Below, piece after piece: positions 46,466 to 56,540 of a stretch of 64,000 nt of DNA. The notes under the pieces are model-generated. The model was not told where the DNA came from and ran no database searches. It was given only the letters and a program-made list of their open reading frames with translations. Made by a program: the position numbers and the translations under genes. Position 1 is the first letter of the stretch. Each line of letters starts with the position of its first letter. The stretch lies in contig JBAYIC010000001.1 in assembly GCA_041665845.1 (NCBI GenBank), positions 9,531 through 73,530 of the forward strand, read 5' to 3'. This DNA comes from Patescibacteria group bacterium. GTDB taxonomy: Bacteria; Patescibacteriota; Patescibacteriia; Patescibacteriales; UBA12465.

Positions 46466-47047
46466 TTAAACTCTTCTTGGTTTCTTTGGACGACAACCAT
46501 TATGAGGAACGGGGGTAGTATCTTTGATTGAAGACACATCTAAGCCATTAGCATTTAAAGCGCGAATAGCTGCTTCACGACCGGTTCCAACACCAGATAC
46601 AAATACACTAACTTCCTGCAAACCATATTCTTCTTTAGCTTTTTGAGCAGCAATCTTAGTAATTATCTGAGCGGCGTAAGGAGTCGCCTTTTTAGCGCCC
46701 TTAAATCCTGCTAAACCAGCACTAGCCCAAGAAATAACATCACCATTATTATCGGTTAAGGTAATCATGGTGTTGTTGTAGGTAGCTTGAATATAAGCAC
46801 GGCCGACTTTTACAACTCTAGCGGTTTTTTTCTTCTTTTTCTTGACTAGTTTTTTCTTAGCTCTGGCTACCTTATTTTTTTCAAGTTTTTGCTTGATTTC
46901 TTCAGGTAACTCTTCATCAGATGAATCAAAAGAGAAGGCCGCCATTTCATCGCGTTCTTCTTTTTCTTCGCCCTTAACCGGTGTTAACTCGGCATCAGGA
47001 GCGACATCTTCTTTTTTTACTGAGTCTTTTTTTACTTCTTCAGACAT
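46466..47047 (-). CDS. rpsK: 30S ribosomal protein S11 (long acidic/Lys N-terminal extension)
   Basis: [15 protein letters not shown] ... [14 protein letters not shown] ... [15 protein letters not shown]. Confidence 0.95.
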   Translation of the reverse strand: MSEEVKKDSVKKEDVAPDAELTPVKGEEKEERDEMAAFSFDSSDEELPEEIKQKLEKNKVARAKKKLVKKKKKKTARVVKVGRAYIQATYNNTMITLTDNNGDVISWASAGLAGFKGAKKATPYAAQIITKIAAQKAKEEYGLQEVSVFVSGVGTGREAAIRALNANGLDVSSIKDTTPVPHNGCRPKKPRRV

Positions 47048-47070
47048 ATTTTAAGCTCTTAGAATTTTAA

Positions 47071-47466
47071 TTAGGTCTTCTGCAAACCAGCTTTACTCTT
47101 ACCGCTGACTGCAGTTACACGCTTATTACCTCTTACTGTACGGCTATTAGTCTTTGTTCTTTGACCTCTAACCGGCAAGTGTTTGGTATGTCTTAGACCG
47201 CGGTAACAACCAATTTCTCTTAAACGTTTAATATTGCTTTGAACTTCACGACGTAAATCACCTTCAACGGTAAACTTCTTTTCAACGATTTCTCGTAAAA
47301 GATTAACGTCGGTTTCTTTCAAATCTTTAACTCTAATATCTTTATCAACGTTTGCTGTCTTTAAAATTTGATTGGATCTAGTTTTTCCAATTCCAAAAAT
47401 ATAAGTCAAAGCGATTTCTATTCTTTTGTCATTTGGGATATTAACCCCAGCGATTCTTACTGCCAT
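47071..47466 (-). CDS. rpsM: 30S ribosomal protein S13
   Basis: [15 protein letters not shown] ... YRGLRH ... [11 protein letters not shown]. Confidence 0.95.
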   Translation of the reverse strand: MAVRIAGVNIPNDKRIEIALTYIFGIGKTRSNQILKTANVDKDIRVKDLKETDVNLLREIVEKKFTVEGDLRREVQSNIKRLREIGCYRGLRHTKHLPVRGQRTKTNSRTVRGNKRVTAVSGKSKAGLQKT

Positions 47467-47483
47467 ATTTTAGATATTAAAAG

Positions 47484-47597
47484 TTACCCTTGTCTTTGTT
47501 TATGTTTAGGGTTTTTGCAAATAACGTGGACCCGACCTTTGCGTCTCACTACTTTGCAGTCTTTACAAATTTTCTTAGCACTAGCTCTAACTTTCAT
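47484..47597 (-). CDS. rpmJ: 50S ribosomal protein L36 (not in the ORF track, 37 aa)
   Basis: My own translation of the minus strand gives [37 protein letters not shown] followed by a stop. ATG at 47597, TAA at 47486-47484. Confidence 0.9.
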   Translation of the reverse strand: MKVRASAKKICKDCKVVRRKGRVHVICKNPKHKQRQG

Positions 47598-47697
47598 ATG
47601 TGGTATTGATACTTTTCTATGAATTAAACTGCGAGGTTTATTTTATATAAAGCAATTCTCAATCTTACTTAAATAATTTTGACTTCACTTACAACTT

Positions 47698-47955
47698 TTA
47701 CATACGATAGGTAATTCGACCCTTAGTCAAATCATAAGGGCTGATTTGCAGTTTAACTTTATCTCCAGGAAGTAATCGAATGCGATTCATTCTCATTTTC
47801 CCAGATAGATGAGCTAAAACTTCATGGCCGTTTTCTAGAGCAACTCTAAAACTAGCGGCCGGCATTAATTCCAGTACTTCGCCTTGCATTTCAATGAAAT
47901 CCTTGGCGTTTAAATTACTGGAAGTTTCGTTGTTGTTTCCCATGTCTTTTGACAT
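47698..47955 (-). CDS. infA: translation initiation factor IF-1
   Basis: [47 protein letters not shown]. The start is ambiguous: 47982 (non-ATG), 47955 (ATG) or 47943 (ATG). Confidence 0.9.
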   Translation of the reverse strand: MSKDMGNNNETSSNLNAKDFIEMQGEVLELMPAASFRVALENGHEVLAHLSGKMRMNRIRLLPGDKVKLQISPYDLTKGRITYRM

Positions 47956-48085
47956 TAACACAAAAAAATTTGATAAAGACAAGTTAGCCTTATCAAAGTT
48001 TTTTAAAAATATTTCGCTTATTTATTATAATATTCTTAATAAAAACATTATAGATATAACTTTGAAAGTTGTCAATAGTTAAGGT

Positions 48086-49981
48086 TTATATTTCAAGTAC
48101 AGCCTTAATTCTTCTAACACCAGCACTAGATGATTCTTCTTTCTGAATCTTAAATTTCCCTAAAACTCCGGTATTATATACATGCGGTCCCCCACAAATC
48201 TCCTGAGAAAACGCATTATTTAAATCCGGCCCACCATTTGCAAGTAGTGAACTTGCCGTATAGACCTTAACCATTTCCCCATATTTAGAGTCAAATACCC
48301 CCATCGCCCCTCTATTTTTTGCTTCTTCTAGGGACAATTCTTCACAAACAACCGGTAAACTGGCCCTAATGGCCTCATTTACCAAATCTTCAGCTTCCTT
48401 TATTTGTTCAGGCGTCATCTTTTCAAAGTAGGAAAAATCAAATCTTAGTCTTTCAGGAGTAATATTACTTCCCTTTTGAGTAACTTGATTACCCAAAACT
48501 CTTCGCAAAGCGGCTAAAAGTAAATGAGCGGCTGTATGAAGCTTAGTAGTTTCTTCGCTTGAATCAGCTAGCCCTCCCTTAAATTTGCCGACTGAAGCTG
48601 TACGCGATAAATCTTGATGTTCTTTTTGCTGAATTTTGAAAGCATTTTCTATATCTGCTCTATCATATTTAATTCCTTGCCTATCTAATTCTTCAAATGA
48701 TAATTCAATCGGAAATCCATAACTTTGATAAAGATCAAATATGCGGCTACCATCAATATTTTTAATTTTTTCAAATTGTTTGAGACCTTCTTTCAGAGTT
48801 TGTCTAAACTTAACTTCTTCTTTTTCCATTTCGCTCAGGATTGTTTCTTTTTTCTCTAACAAGTTAGGATAATAATTATTATATTCATCAATAAAAACAC
48901 TAGCGATACTATTAGTAAAGTTATCTTCTATATTTAAACTATAAGCCGAACGAACCGCTCTTCTTATTAGCCTACGAGTAAAATATCCTTGATCTTTATT
49001 CCCCGGATAGGCACCATCGCCGATTAAAAAAGTTGCGCCTCTTAAATGATCTAGTATTACTCTAAAAGATTTTACCTCCTCTTGATTTGCTCCATATTTT
49101 TTACCACTTATTTCTTCAAGTTTCTTTCTCGCCGAAGTAAACAAATCACATAAAAATACATCAGGGTTATCGACTACAGCAACAGCCATTCTTTCCAGCC
49201 CACCGCCAAAGTCAATATTCTTATTTTCAAGTTCTTTAAAACCGGTATCTGTTTTTACAAACTTCATAAAAACATTATTTCCGATTTCTATAAAACGACC
49301 ACAATCACAAGCCGGATGACAAGGTTTATTTTTCCATTCAGATTTTTCATGTAGCCCTAAGCTTTCACCAAAATCCCAAAACATTTCACTGTCTGGCCCA
49401 CCAGGCTCTCCTACCGGCATCGCTTCCGGCCCACCGGCTCTAGACCACCAATTTTCTTTCTCATTATAGTAAAAAATTCTCCCACCCTGCATTCCCGTGA
49501 CTTCAGCATTATCGATTATTTTAGCTTCAATATTTAAATCTTCAAACTTATTTTTCCAAAGTTCAGCCGCTTCTTCATCTCTTGAAAGATTCAAATTTTT
49601 ATTACCTCGATAGACTGAAATATAAAGTTTTTTAGGATCCAATTTTAATTCGTTAACTAAAAATTCAAACATCCAGTTTATTTGTTCAACTTTGAAATAA
49701 TCGCCAAAACTCCAATTACCAAGCATTTCAAAGAATGTTGTATGTCTATTATCACCAACCTCTTCAATATCTTTAGTGCGAAAGCTTTTTTGCGAATTTG
49801 CGATTCTTACTCCTAGAGGATGTTTTTCGCCCAACAAATAAGGAACCATGGGTTGCATCCCTGAACTTGTAAAAAGAGTTGTCGGATCATTTTCCGGGAT
49901 TAAAGAGGCGCCGGAAATAATCGTATGCCCCTTAGCAGCGAAAAAATCTAAATATTTTTGGCGCAATTCACTAGCAGTCAT
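48086..49981 (-). CDS. alaS: alanyl-tRNA synthetase, short form (no C-Ala domain)
   Basis: N-terminal class II catalytic core (FFAAKGHT ... FTSSGMQP), then editing-site HTAAHLL and CGGPHV near the C-terminus. 631 aa. Confidence 0.9.
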   Translation of the reverse strand: MTASELRQKYLDFFAAKGHTIISGASLIPENDPTTLFTSSGMQPMVPYLLGEKHPLGVRIANSQKSFRTKDIEEVGDNRHTTFFEMLGNWSFGDYFKVEQINWMFEFLVNELKLDPKKLYISVYRGNKNLNLSRDEEAAELWKNKFEDLNIEAKIIDNAEVTGMQGGRIFYYNEKENWWSRAGGPEAMPVGEPGGPDSEMFWDFGESLGLHEKSEWKNKPCHPACDCGRFIEIGNNVFMKFVKTDTGFKELENKNIDFGGGLERMAVAVVDNPDVFLCDLFTSARKKLEEISGKKYGANQEEVKSFRVILDHLRGATFLIGDGAYPGNKDQGYFTRRLIRRAVRSAYSLNIEDNFTNSIASVFIDEYNNYYPNLLEKKETILSEMEKEEVKFRQTLKEGLKQFEKIKNIDGSRIFDLYQSYGFPIELSFEELDRQGIKYDRADIENAFKIQQKEHQDLSRTASVGKFKGGLADSSEETTKLHTAAHLLLAALRRVLGNQVTQKGSNITPERLRFDFSYFEKMTPEQIKEAEDLVNEAIRASLPVVCEELSLEEAKNRGAMGVFDSKYGEMVKVYTASSLLANGGPDLNNAFSQEICGGPHVYNTGVLGKFKIQKEESSSAGVRRIKAVLEI

Positions 49982-50013
49982 ATATAAAATGATATAAATT
50001 ATTAATTGTGCTT

Positions 50014-51033
50014 TTATATTATATTAACTTCCTCATTTAAATCAAGACCAAACTTCTTCTTAACGGCTGTTTTTACTTTACTCACTAAATTTAACACTTG
50101 TTTAGCCTTAGCGCCGCCCTCATTAACCAAAATAAGAGCTTGTTTCTCATACATTCTAACCGGTCCAAATTTCTTACCTTTCAGACCTACCTGTTCTATC
50201 AGCCAACCAGCTGGAATTTTAACTTTAGAATGATTAGTTGGAAAAGATGGAATGCTCGGATATTTTTTAACTAATTCTTTAAATGTTTTATGGTTAATTT
50301 CAGGATTTTTAAAGAATGACCCAGCGTTAAATAAAATATAAGGATTAGGAAGTTTACTATTTCTAATTTCCGCAATTGTTTTAATAATATCCTGAGCTGA
50401 CGGTTTCTTTATTCCTTTAGCTGATAAAGCGTCGCCAATTGAACCATAATCTAGTTTAAAATTAGGACGACGTGATAATTCAACGGTAACGGAATAAATA
50501 AAATATTTATTTCTAAATTTATTTTTAAAGATACTATCGCGATAACCAAAACGACAATCAGCCCGTGAAAAAATTTTTTCTCGCCCAGTTTTGAGATCGA
50601 CTGCTTTAAGGGAATGAAAAACGTCTTTAAGCTCTACTCCATAAGCACCAATATTTTGTACGGGAGCCGCTCCAACTGTACCATAAATTAAAAATAAATT
50701 TTCTAAACCATAAAACTTATTTTCAACGGTATACGCAACAAATTTAGACCAGGGCTCACCCGATAAAGCTTCAAGCAAAACTTTCTCTTTATTTTTTTGA
50801 ATAATCTTTATGCCTTTGATTTCATTTTTTATCAGTAGCCCTTTAACATTTTTAGAAAACAAAACATTAGAACCTCCGCCCAGAATAAACAAGGGTTGAT
50901 TGTTTGTTTTAGAAAATTCAATCGCCGCCATCAAATCGACTTTATTTTTTACAATCGCAAAATAATCAGTCGTAGCGGCGACCTTTAAGGTTGTATATTG
51001 AGTTAAAGAATGTTTTCTTTCGATTGTTAACAT
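50014..51033 (-). CDS. murB: UDP-N-acetylenolpyruvoylglucosamine reductase
   Basis: LGGGSNVLF ... AGWLIEQVGLKG. Confidence 0.9.
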   Translation of the reverse strand: MLTIERKHSLTQYTTLKVAATTDYFAIVKNKVDLMAAIEFSKTNNQPLFILGGGSNVLFSKNVKGLLIKNEIKGIKIIQKNKEKVLLEALSGEPWSKFVAYTVENKFYGLENLFLIYGTVGAAPVQNIGAYGVELKDVFHSLKAVDLKTGREKIFSRADCRFGYRDSIFKNKFRNKYFIYSVTVELSRRPNFKLDYGSIGDALSAKGIKKPSAQDIIKTIAEIRNSKLPNPYILFNAGSFFKNPEINHKTFKELVKKYPSIPSFPTNHSKVKIPAGWLIEQVGLKGKKFGPVRMYEKQALILVNEGGAKAKQVLNLVSKVKTAVKKKFGLDLNEEVNII

Positions 51034-51052
51034 AGCAGTTTTTTGAATTACT

Positions 51053-52873
51053 CTAATCTTCTAACTCCCCAACTTTTTGTAATTTCAATAATTTAGCATA
51101 TAACCCCCCGGAGACTTTAGCTAATTCTAAGTGGCTTCCCTGTTCGGCTACTTTACCTTTTTCTAAAACAATAATCTTATCAGCACTTTTAATAGTACTA
51201 AGCCTATGAGCGATAACTATCATCGTGCGTCCATGACTAATTTTTTTCATCGCATCAGATATCAAACGTTCACTTTCACTATCAAGACTGGAAGTTGCTT
51301 CATCAAAAATTAAAATACGAGGGTTAGCTAAGACGGCTCGAGCAATACCTAAGCGCTGACGCTGTCCACCGGAAAGTTTTATTCCTCTCTCACCGACCAT
51401 TGAATCATAACCCTTACCTAGTTTGAGAATAAATTCTTCGGCATTAGCAATTTTGGCCGCCGCCTCGATTTCTTTTTGACTAGCATTTGGCTTGGCGTAA
51501 GCAATATTTTCCTTAACCGTTAAATCAAACAATTCTACTTCCTGAGGAACAATTGCTAAAAACTTGCGAAAAGCTTTTAAATCATAATCCTTTAAATCGC
51601 GTCCATCCAGTAGAACTTTTCCCTTTTGCGGATCGTAATGGCGATAAACTAAACGCGCCGCCGTAGTTTTTCCGCCTCCCGACGGCCCCACTAAAGCAAC
51701 CACGCAACCAGAATCAATTTTAAAATTTAAATTAGAAACGGCTGTTCTTTTATTATTGGAATAGGCAAAAGAAACATCTCTAAATTCAAGTTCACCGGCC
51801 ACCATTTTTGGTTTATATGTCCCTGATTTACTATCAATATCGTCGATAGCATTAAACAATAATAACAGCCGATTAACACCTTCACGGCCTTCCTCCATTT
51901 TATCGTAAAATCTAGTTAAACGATATAAGGAAGCATAAGCTGTTTCACTAAGCGTAAAAATAAAAATCAAACTTCCGACTGTGATTGAACCCTGGGAAAC
52001 CATGTAAACCCCTAAAAGCAGAACAACGGTGCGGCCAATATCAGCGATAGAGTTTCGAATTAAGCCAATTTTCATCATCCAGCCCCATTGTCGATCTTCA
52101 TTCTCTCTTAAATTACTTTTAATTTTACCAAATTCTTTCAATTCCCGATCTTCCTGGACAAATGACTGAACAGCATTAATATTAATAATAGACTGAGCCA
52201 TCTTGCCAGAAGCAGTTTCATAGTCGCGAAATATCTGTTTTCTAATCGGGTACATGCGGCGATTAGACCAAAAAACAATGATAATAAACAAACCGGCAAA
52301 GAATAAAAAAGACAAACCGATGCGCCAATCTGACCAAAACAAAGCAACCAGAGTAAAAGCTAATTGAACAGTAGTTGGAAGAACTTCCCAAAAAACATTA
52401 TTTAAGAATTCAGAAATCTTGTCGACTCCTTTTTCAATCTTAATAATTTTAGCTCCTGTATTTTGTTTTTCATGATAACCCAAACTAAGAGAGACTAGTT
52501 TTTCTTGGGCCTTCATGCCTAAGCTATATTCAACTTCTACTAATAACCGTAAAATCTTGCGATCGCTAAAATAATGAATAAAGGAACGAACTTCCTCAGT
52601 CATTAAATAAAGAGCAATCAATTTCAATAAAAAAACTATTTTATCTTTATCAAAATTGGACAAATTATCAACTACTACTTTCAGTAAATACGGCCTAAGT
52701 AGATCTAAAACACCAATAGCAATGGCAATGGCTCCTATTTTCCAGAAAAATTTAAAAAAGGGGGAAAGCAAAATCCAAAAATCAGACCAAAAATGACGAC
52801 GCGGTTGTTCCCCGGCCTTATAGTCCAGATTATTTAAAACTGGTTTTCTTTTTATTTTTTCTTTTTCGGCCAT
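51053..52873 (-). CDS. ABC exporter, fused permease/ATPase (MsbA-like)
   Basis: Six-TM N-terminal half, then Walker A GPSGGGKTT, signature LSGGQRQR and Walker B ILIFDEATSSLD. Confidence 0.9.
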   Translation of the reverse strand: MAEKEKIKRKPVLNNLDYKAGEQPRRHFWSDFWILLSPFFKFFWKIGAIAIAIGVLDLLRPYLLKVVVDNLSNFDKDKIVFLLKLIALYLMTEEVRSFIHYFSDRKILRLLVEVEYSLGMKAQEKLVSLSLGYHEKQNTGAKIIKIEKGVDKISEFLNNVFWEVLPTTVQLAFTLVALFWSDWRIGLSFLFFAGLFIIIVFWSNRRMYPIRKQIFRDYETASGKMAQSIININAVQSFVQEDRELKEFGKIKSNLRENEDRQWGWMMKIGLIRNSIADIGRTVVLLLGVYMVSQGSITVGSLIFIFTLSETAYASLYRLTRFYDKMEEGREGVNRLLLLFNAIDDIDSKSGTYKPKMVAGELEFRDVSFAYSNNKRTAVSNLNFKIDSGCVVALVGPSGGGKTTAARLVYRHYDPQKGKVLLDGRDLKDYDLKAFRKFLAIVPQEVELFDLTVKENIAYAKPNASQKEIEAAAKIANAEEFILKLGKGYDSMVGERGIKLSGGQRQRLGIARAVLANPRILIFDEATSSLDSESERLISDAMKKISHGRTMIVIAHRLSTIKSADKIIVLEKGKVAEQGSHLELAKVSGGLYAKLLKLQKVGELED

Positions 52874-54291
52874 AATAATTCTTCGCCTACACGAAAGACA
52901 TCGCCGGCGCCCATTAACAAAACTAACTCATTCTTTTTTAAATCGGTTCGTAAATAAGCAACCGCCGCCTTAATATCTTTAATATTTAAAACCGTTTGTT
53001 TAATTTTATTTTTCTGATTAAACTTTTTTACAGCGCCGACTAACTGAGCGCTAGAAACGCCGCCTTGCTTTTCTCTAGCAGAACCATAAATATCTAAAAT
53101 TATTAACTCATTCGCTAGGGAAAAACTCGTTGCAAAATCATCAAATAAAGCTTTAGTTCTAGTAAAAGTATGTGGATGAAAAACCACTTTTACATAAAGA
53201 TTGGGATAATGAGCACAAACACCCTCAAGCGTTGATTTGATTTCTGTTGGGTGATGAGCATAATCATCAATTATGAGCGCCCCTTGAAACTTACCTAAAA
53301 TCTGGGCGCGTCTTTCTGTCCCAATAAAACCAAACAAATGTTTTTTAATATCTCCAAGGGAGACATGTAGCTCCCTAGCAGCGGCAATGACCGCTAAGGC
53401 ATTAGCGATATTATGTTTTCCCCAAAGTTTAATTTTAAATTTACCCAAATTATTAACCAAAAAACTTTGGATTCCTTTGTTTATCTTTAAATCATGAGCT
53501 AAATAATTAACCGTTACTCCACCATAACCTTCATCATTAATATCATAACTCACCGTTCGCCCATGACAATATTTTTTTATTTTCCTACTCTCTTTATCCC
53601 GGTTATTAATTATTAAAAATCCATTGTTTGGTAAACGCTTAACAAAATCAGAAAATACTTTTATATAATCCGCTTCAGTTTTAAAAAAGTCGGGATGATC
53701 ATAATCAATATTATTTAAAACAATTCCTTGTGCCTTTAGATATCTGAGTTTATTGCCGTATTCATCGGCCTCAGCAATAAATATCTTTGACTTACCCTGC
53801 AAACCATTGCCTTTAAATTGCGGGACGCTTGAACCCACTAAAACATTCGGTTTTTTACCAGCTTTCCATAAAACATAACCGAGCCAAGCGGAAGTTGTTG
53901 TTTTACCATGGCTACCACAAACGGCAATTCCTTGTCCAGCGCTAAAAATTTCCCCCAAAGCTTCGGAATAGCTTAAAACTTTAGCTTTTAAAGATTTATT
54001 ATTCACTAAAGCCCGCATCTCCGGATTATTTTCTGGAGTGTAAGCAATTGAATGAATGATTAAATCGGCATCAACTGGTAAATTCTTTGAATTAAAAGGT
54101 GAACTAATTTTTATTTTTAAACTTTTTAAGGTTTTATCCGTCATAAAAGTTTCAGAAATGTCTGAACCAGAAACATTATCTCCGGCCGCTACTAGAAACT
54201 GAGCAAGCGTTGTCATCCCAACCCCCTTAATACCGATCATGTAAATTTTTCGAGATTTTTTTTTCATTCTTTTGGAGCTAAAATTTCCCAT
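52852..54291 (-). CDS. murC: UDP-N-acetylmuramate--L-alanine ligase
   Basis: IGIKGVGMTTLA ... CGSHGKTTTSAW ... DDYAHHPTE. The start may be ATG 54267 (MKKKSRK). Confidence 0.92.
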   Translation of the reverse strand: MGNFSSKRMKKKSRKIYMIGIKGVGMTTLAQFLVAAGDNVSGSDISETFMTDKTLKSLKIKISSPFNSKNLPVDADLIIHSIAYTPENNPEMRALVNNKSLKAKVLSYSEALGEIFSAGQGIAVCGSHGKTTTSAWLGYVLWKAGKKPNVLVGSSVPQFKGNGLQGKSKIFIAEADEYGNKLRYLKAQGIVLNNIDYDHPDFFKTEADYIKVFSDFVKRLPNNGFLIINNRDKESRKIKKYCHGRTVSYDINDEGYGGVTVNYLAHDLKINKGIQSFLVNNLGKFKIKLWGKHNIANALAVIAAARELHVSLGDIKKHLFGFIGTERRAQILGKFQGALIIDDYAHHPTEIKSTLEGVCAHYPNLYVKVVFHPHTFTRTKALFDDFATSFSLANELIILDIYGSAREKQGGVSSAQLVGAVKKFNQKNKIKQTVLNIKDIKAAVAYLRTDLKKNELVLLMGAGDVFRVGEELLWPKKKK

Positions 54292-55376
54292 ATTAAACTA
54301 GCCATAGTTTCAGCAGCATTTTTTTTCATAATCTTAAAAATATTGGTTGTTAAGTTTTTTCTTAACTCATTATTTACCAAGACTTCCTTTATTTTATCAA
54401 TTAGCTCTTCAACTGATAACGTTTTTTGATTCAAAACTACGGCCGCTTTATAACGCTTAAACACTTCGGCGTTATCCTCTTGTTGAGAATCGGGAATAGG
54501 AATTAAAATAGCTGGTTTTTCAAGGGCACATAATTCTGTTAAAGATGCTAAGCCGCAACGAGAAATAACTAAAGTAGAAATAGACATCAGAGCAAAAACT
54601 TCGTCATTATTTAAAAATTCAAAAGCTTGATAATTAGGCGCATCATTTTTCTGATCGATTGGTAGTTTTCCTTTACCGGTTAAATGAATTATTTGGGCGC
54701 TAGAAATTAATTTAGGAAGAGCTTTAATAATTAAATTATTAATTGCTTGAGATCCCGTTCCGCCGCCAGTAACCAAGATAAGCGGTAAACCTGATTGCAA
54801 ATTATATTTTTCTTTAATACCGGAAATAAAGGTATCATTTTGTTCAAGTTGGTTGGATGGATTTCCTATCCAAACTGCTTTAGGGCCGTAATCAGATAAT
54901 GATTTTTCAAAACTTACAGTAATTAAACGAGCAAAAGGCGCCATTAAACGATTGGCTAGACCGGGCCTAACATCTTGCTGATGAATAAGAATAGGAATTT
55001 TTTTTAAATAAGCTGCCCAAACCAAAGGGACGCTTACAAAACCACCAGCACTGATCACTAAATTTGGTTTTTCTTTACTTAAAATTAAGAAAGAAATAAT
55101 AAAACCAGAGAAAATCTTAAAGAAATCAAGAAAATTAGCAACTGAGAAATAACGACGTAATTTTCCCGATGAAATAGCAATAAATTTTATATGCTTATCA
55201 TAAACGCGAAAAGAATCAATTAATAACCTTTCCGGGCCCTTTTTAGTGCCAATAAAAATTAAATTAAGATGAGAGTTATCCTTAATTAATTCTTTGGAAA
55301 CGGCCAAAAGCGTCGTTACTGGGCCGCCACTACCGCCACCGCTTAAAATAATAGTTGTTTTTTCAGGCTTCTCCAT
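54264..55376 (-). CDS. murG: UDP-GlcNAc:lipid I N-acetylglucosaminyltransferase MurG
   Basis: LSGGGSGGPV ... GGFVSVP ... TGGGTGS ... RCGLASLTE. Confidence 0.88.
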   Translation of the reverse strand: MEKPEKTTIILSGGGSGGPVTTLLAVSKELIKDNSHLNLIFIGTKKGPERLLIDSFRVYDKHIKFIAISSGKLRRYFSVANFLDFFKIFSGFIISFLILSKEKPNLVISAGGFVSVPLVWAAYLKKIPILIHQQDVRPGLANRLMAPFARLITVSFEKSLSDYGPKAVWIGNPSNQLEQNDTFISGIKEKYNLQSGLPLILVTGGGTGSQAINNLIIKALPKLISSAQIIHLTGKGKLPIDQKNDAPNYQAFEFLNNDEVFALMSISTLVISRCGLASLTELCALEKPAILIPIPDSQQEDNAEVFKRYKAAVVLNQKTLSVEELIDKIKEVLVNNELRKNLTTNIFKIMKKNAAETMASLIWEILAPKE

Positions 55377-55385
55377 ATTAACTAA

Positions 55386-56540
55386 TTAACGTTTGAGATA
55401 GCTAACTTTACCATGTTTACTGATATTAACCAATATCCCTATCGCCATTAAGGCCGAAAGAACTGCCGAGCCGCCGGCAGAAATAAACGGTAAAGGGACT
55501 CCGGTCATTGGAATTAAGTTTATCATTCCTCCAATATTTAAAAAAGTTTGCACGGCTAACCAAATTATAATACCCGTCGCTAGAGTTCGACCATACAAAT
55601 CAGGCGCCGCCCGAGCAATGATTAACCCCCTATAAAAAATAAATAAAAACAATAATATAAGTAAGGAGCTAAAAATAAAACCAATTTCTTCAGCGGCAAT
55701 AGAAAAAATAGAATCGCCCCAAACTTCTGGTAAATACATGAATTTTTGACGACTTTGCCCTAAACCACGCCCGAACCAACCGCCCGAACCAACTGCGATT
55801 AAAGATTGATTTATTTGATAACACTTATCCTGAGCGCTATAACTCGGATCTTTTAGACATTTAAAACGATCACTTTGATAAGATGATTTTATGCTAAGCA
55901 TTAAAAAAAGGACTAAAGCACCCAGAACGACCACTAAAAAAATATGTCTGATTTTACCACCACCAACAAAAAAAACTAGCATTGCAGTTAAGGCAATAAT
56001 AAAAAGGGTTCCCATATCTGGTTGCGCCAACATCAATAAACTAATAATTCCTAAAATAGATAAAAAAGGAATTATCCCACCCGAAAAACTACCCAAATCA
56101 CCTTTTTTAGCTTCAAGCCAAGTTGCTAAGTATATTAAAAAAGAAAGTTTAACCAACTCAGACGGTTGAAAAGAATAACCAAAGATATTTATCCAACTAC
56201 GAGCAGTTCCATATTCAGATCTTATTCCCGGAATAAAAACTAAAATCAAAAGTATAATTGAAAAAATTAAAAAAAGGAAAGCATATCTCTTCCAAACTCG
56301 ATAATCAATTTTGGAAGCAATAAAAAAAGCGACTAGTCCAACTGCAAAACCAAGCAGTTGATGCGCAAAATAATAATAAGTATTCCCAAATCTTGCATAA
56401 GAAACCACCGATGAAGCACTAAACAAAAGGACTAACCCCGAAATAATAAGGACAAAAACAGCTGTTATCAAACTTTTATCAGGTTCATGCTCTCCTAAAT
56501 TAGGAGAAAATATCTTTTTTTTTAAAAGACTTAACTTCAT
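55386..56540 (-). CDS. ftsW: SEDS-family peptidoglycan polymerase FtsW/RodA
   Basis: About 10 TM helices with FQPSELVKL ... AEEIGF ... PLPFISAGGSA. Confidence 0.9.
   Translation of the reverse strand: MKLSLLKKKIFSPNLGEHEPDKSLITAVFVLIISGLVLLFSASSVVSYARFGNTYYYFAHQLLGFAVGLVAFFIASKIDYRVWKRYAFLFLIFSIILLILVFIPGIRSEYGTARSWINIFGYSFQPSELVKLSFLIYLATWLEAKKGDLGSFSGGIIPFLSILGIISLLMLAQPDMGTLFIIALTAMLVFFVGGGKIRHIFLVVVLGALVLFLMLSIKSSYQSDRFKCLKDPSYSAQDKCYQINQSLIAVGSGGWFGRGLGQSRQKFMYLPEVWGDSIFSIAAEEIGFIFSSLLILLFLFIFYRGLIIARAAPDLYGRTLATGIIIWLAVQTFLNIGGMINLIPMTGVPLPFISAGGSAVLSALMAIGILVNISKHGKVSYLKR

Noticed and set aside
25895-52347. Same-strand alternative-frame ORFs lie inside real genes: 25895..26137 in rplP, 28362..28610 in rplB, 30953..31135 in rpsJ, 31434..31673 in tuf, 33366..33614 and 34737..34976 in fusA, and 52138..52347 in the ABC exporter.
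   Set aside because: They are fully nested in genes whose annotated frame carries the family motifs, and they show no independent signal.
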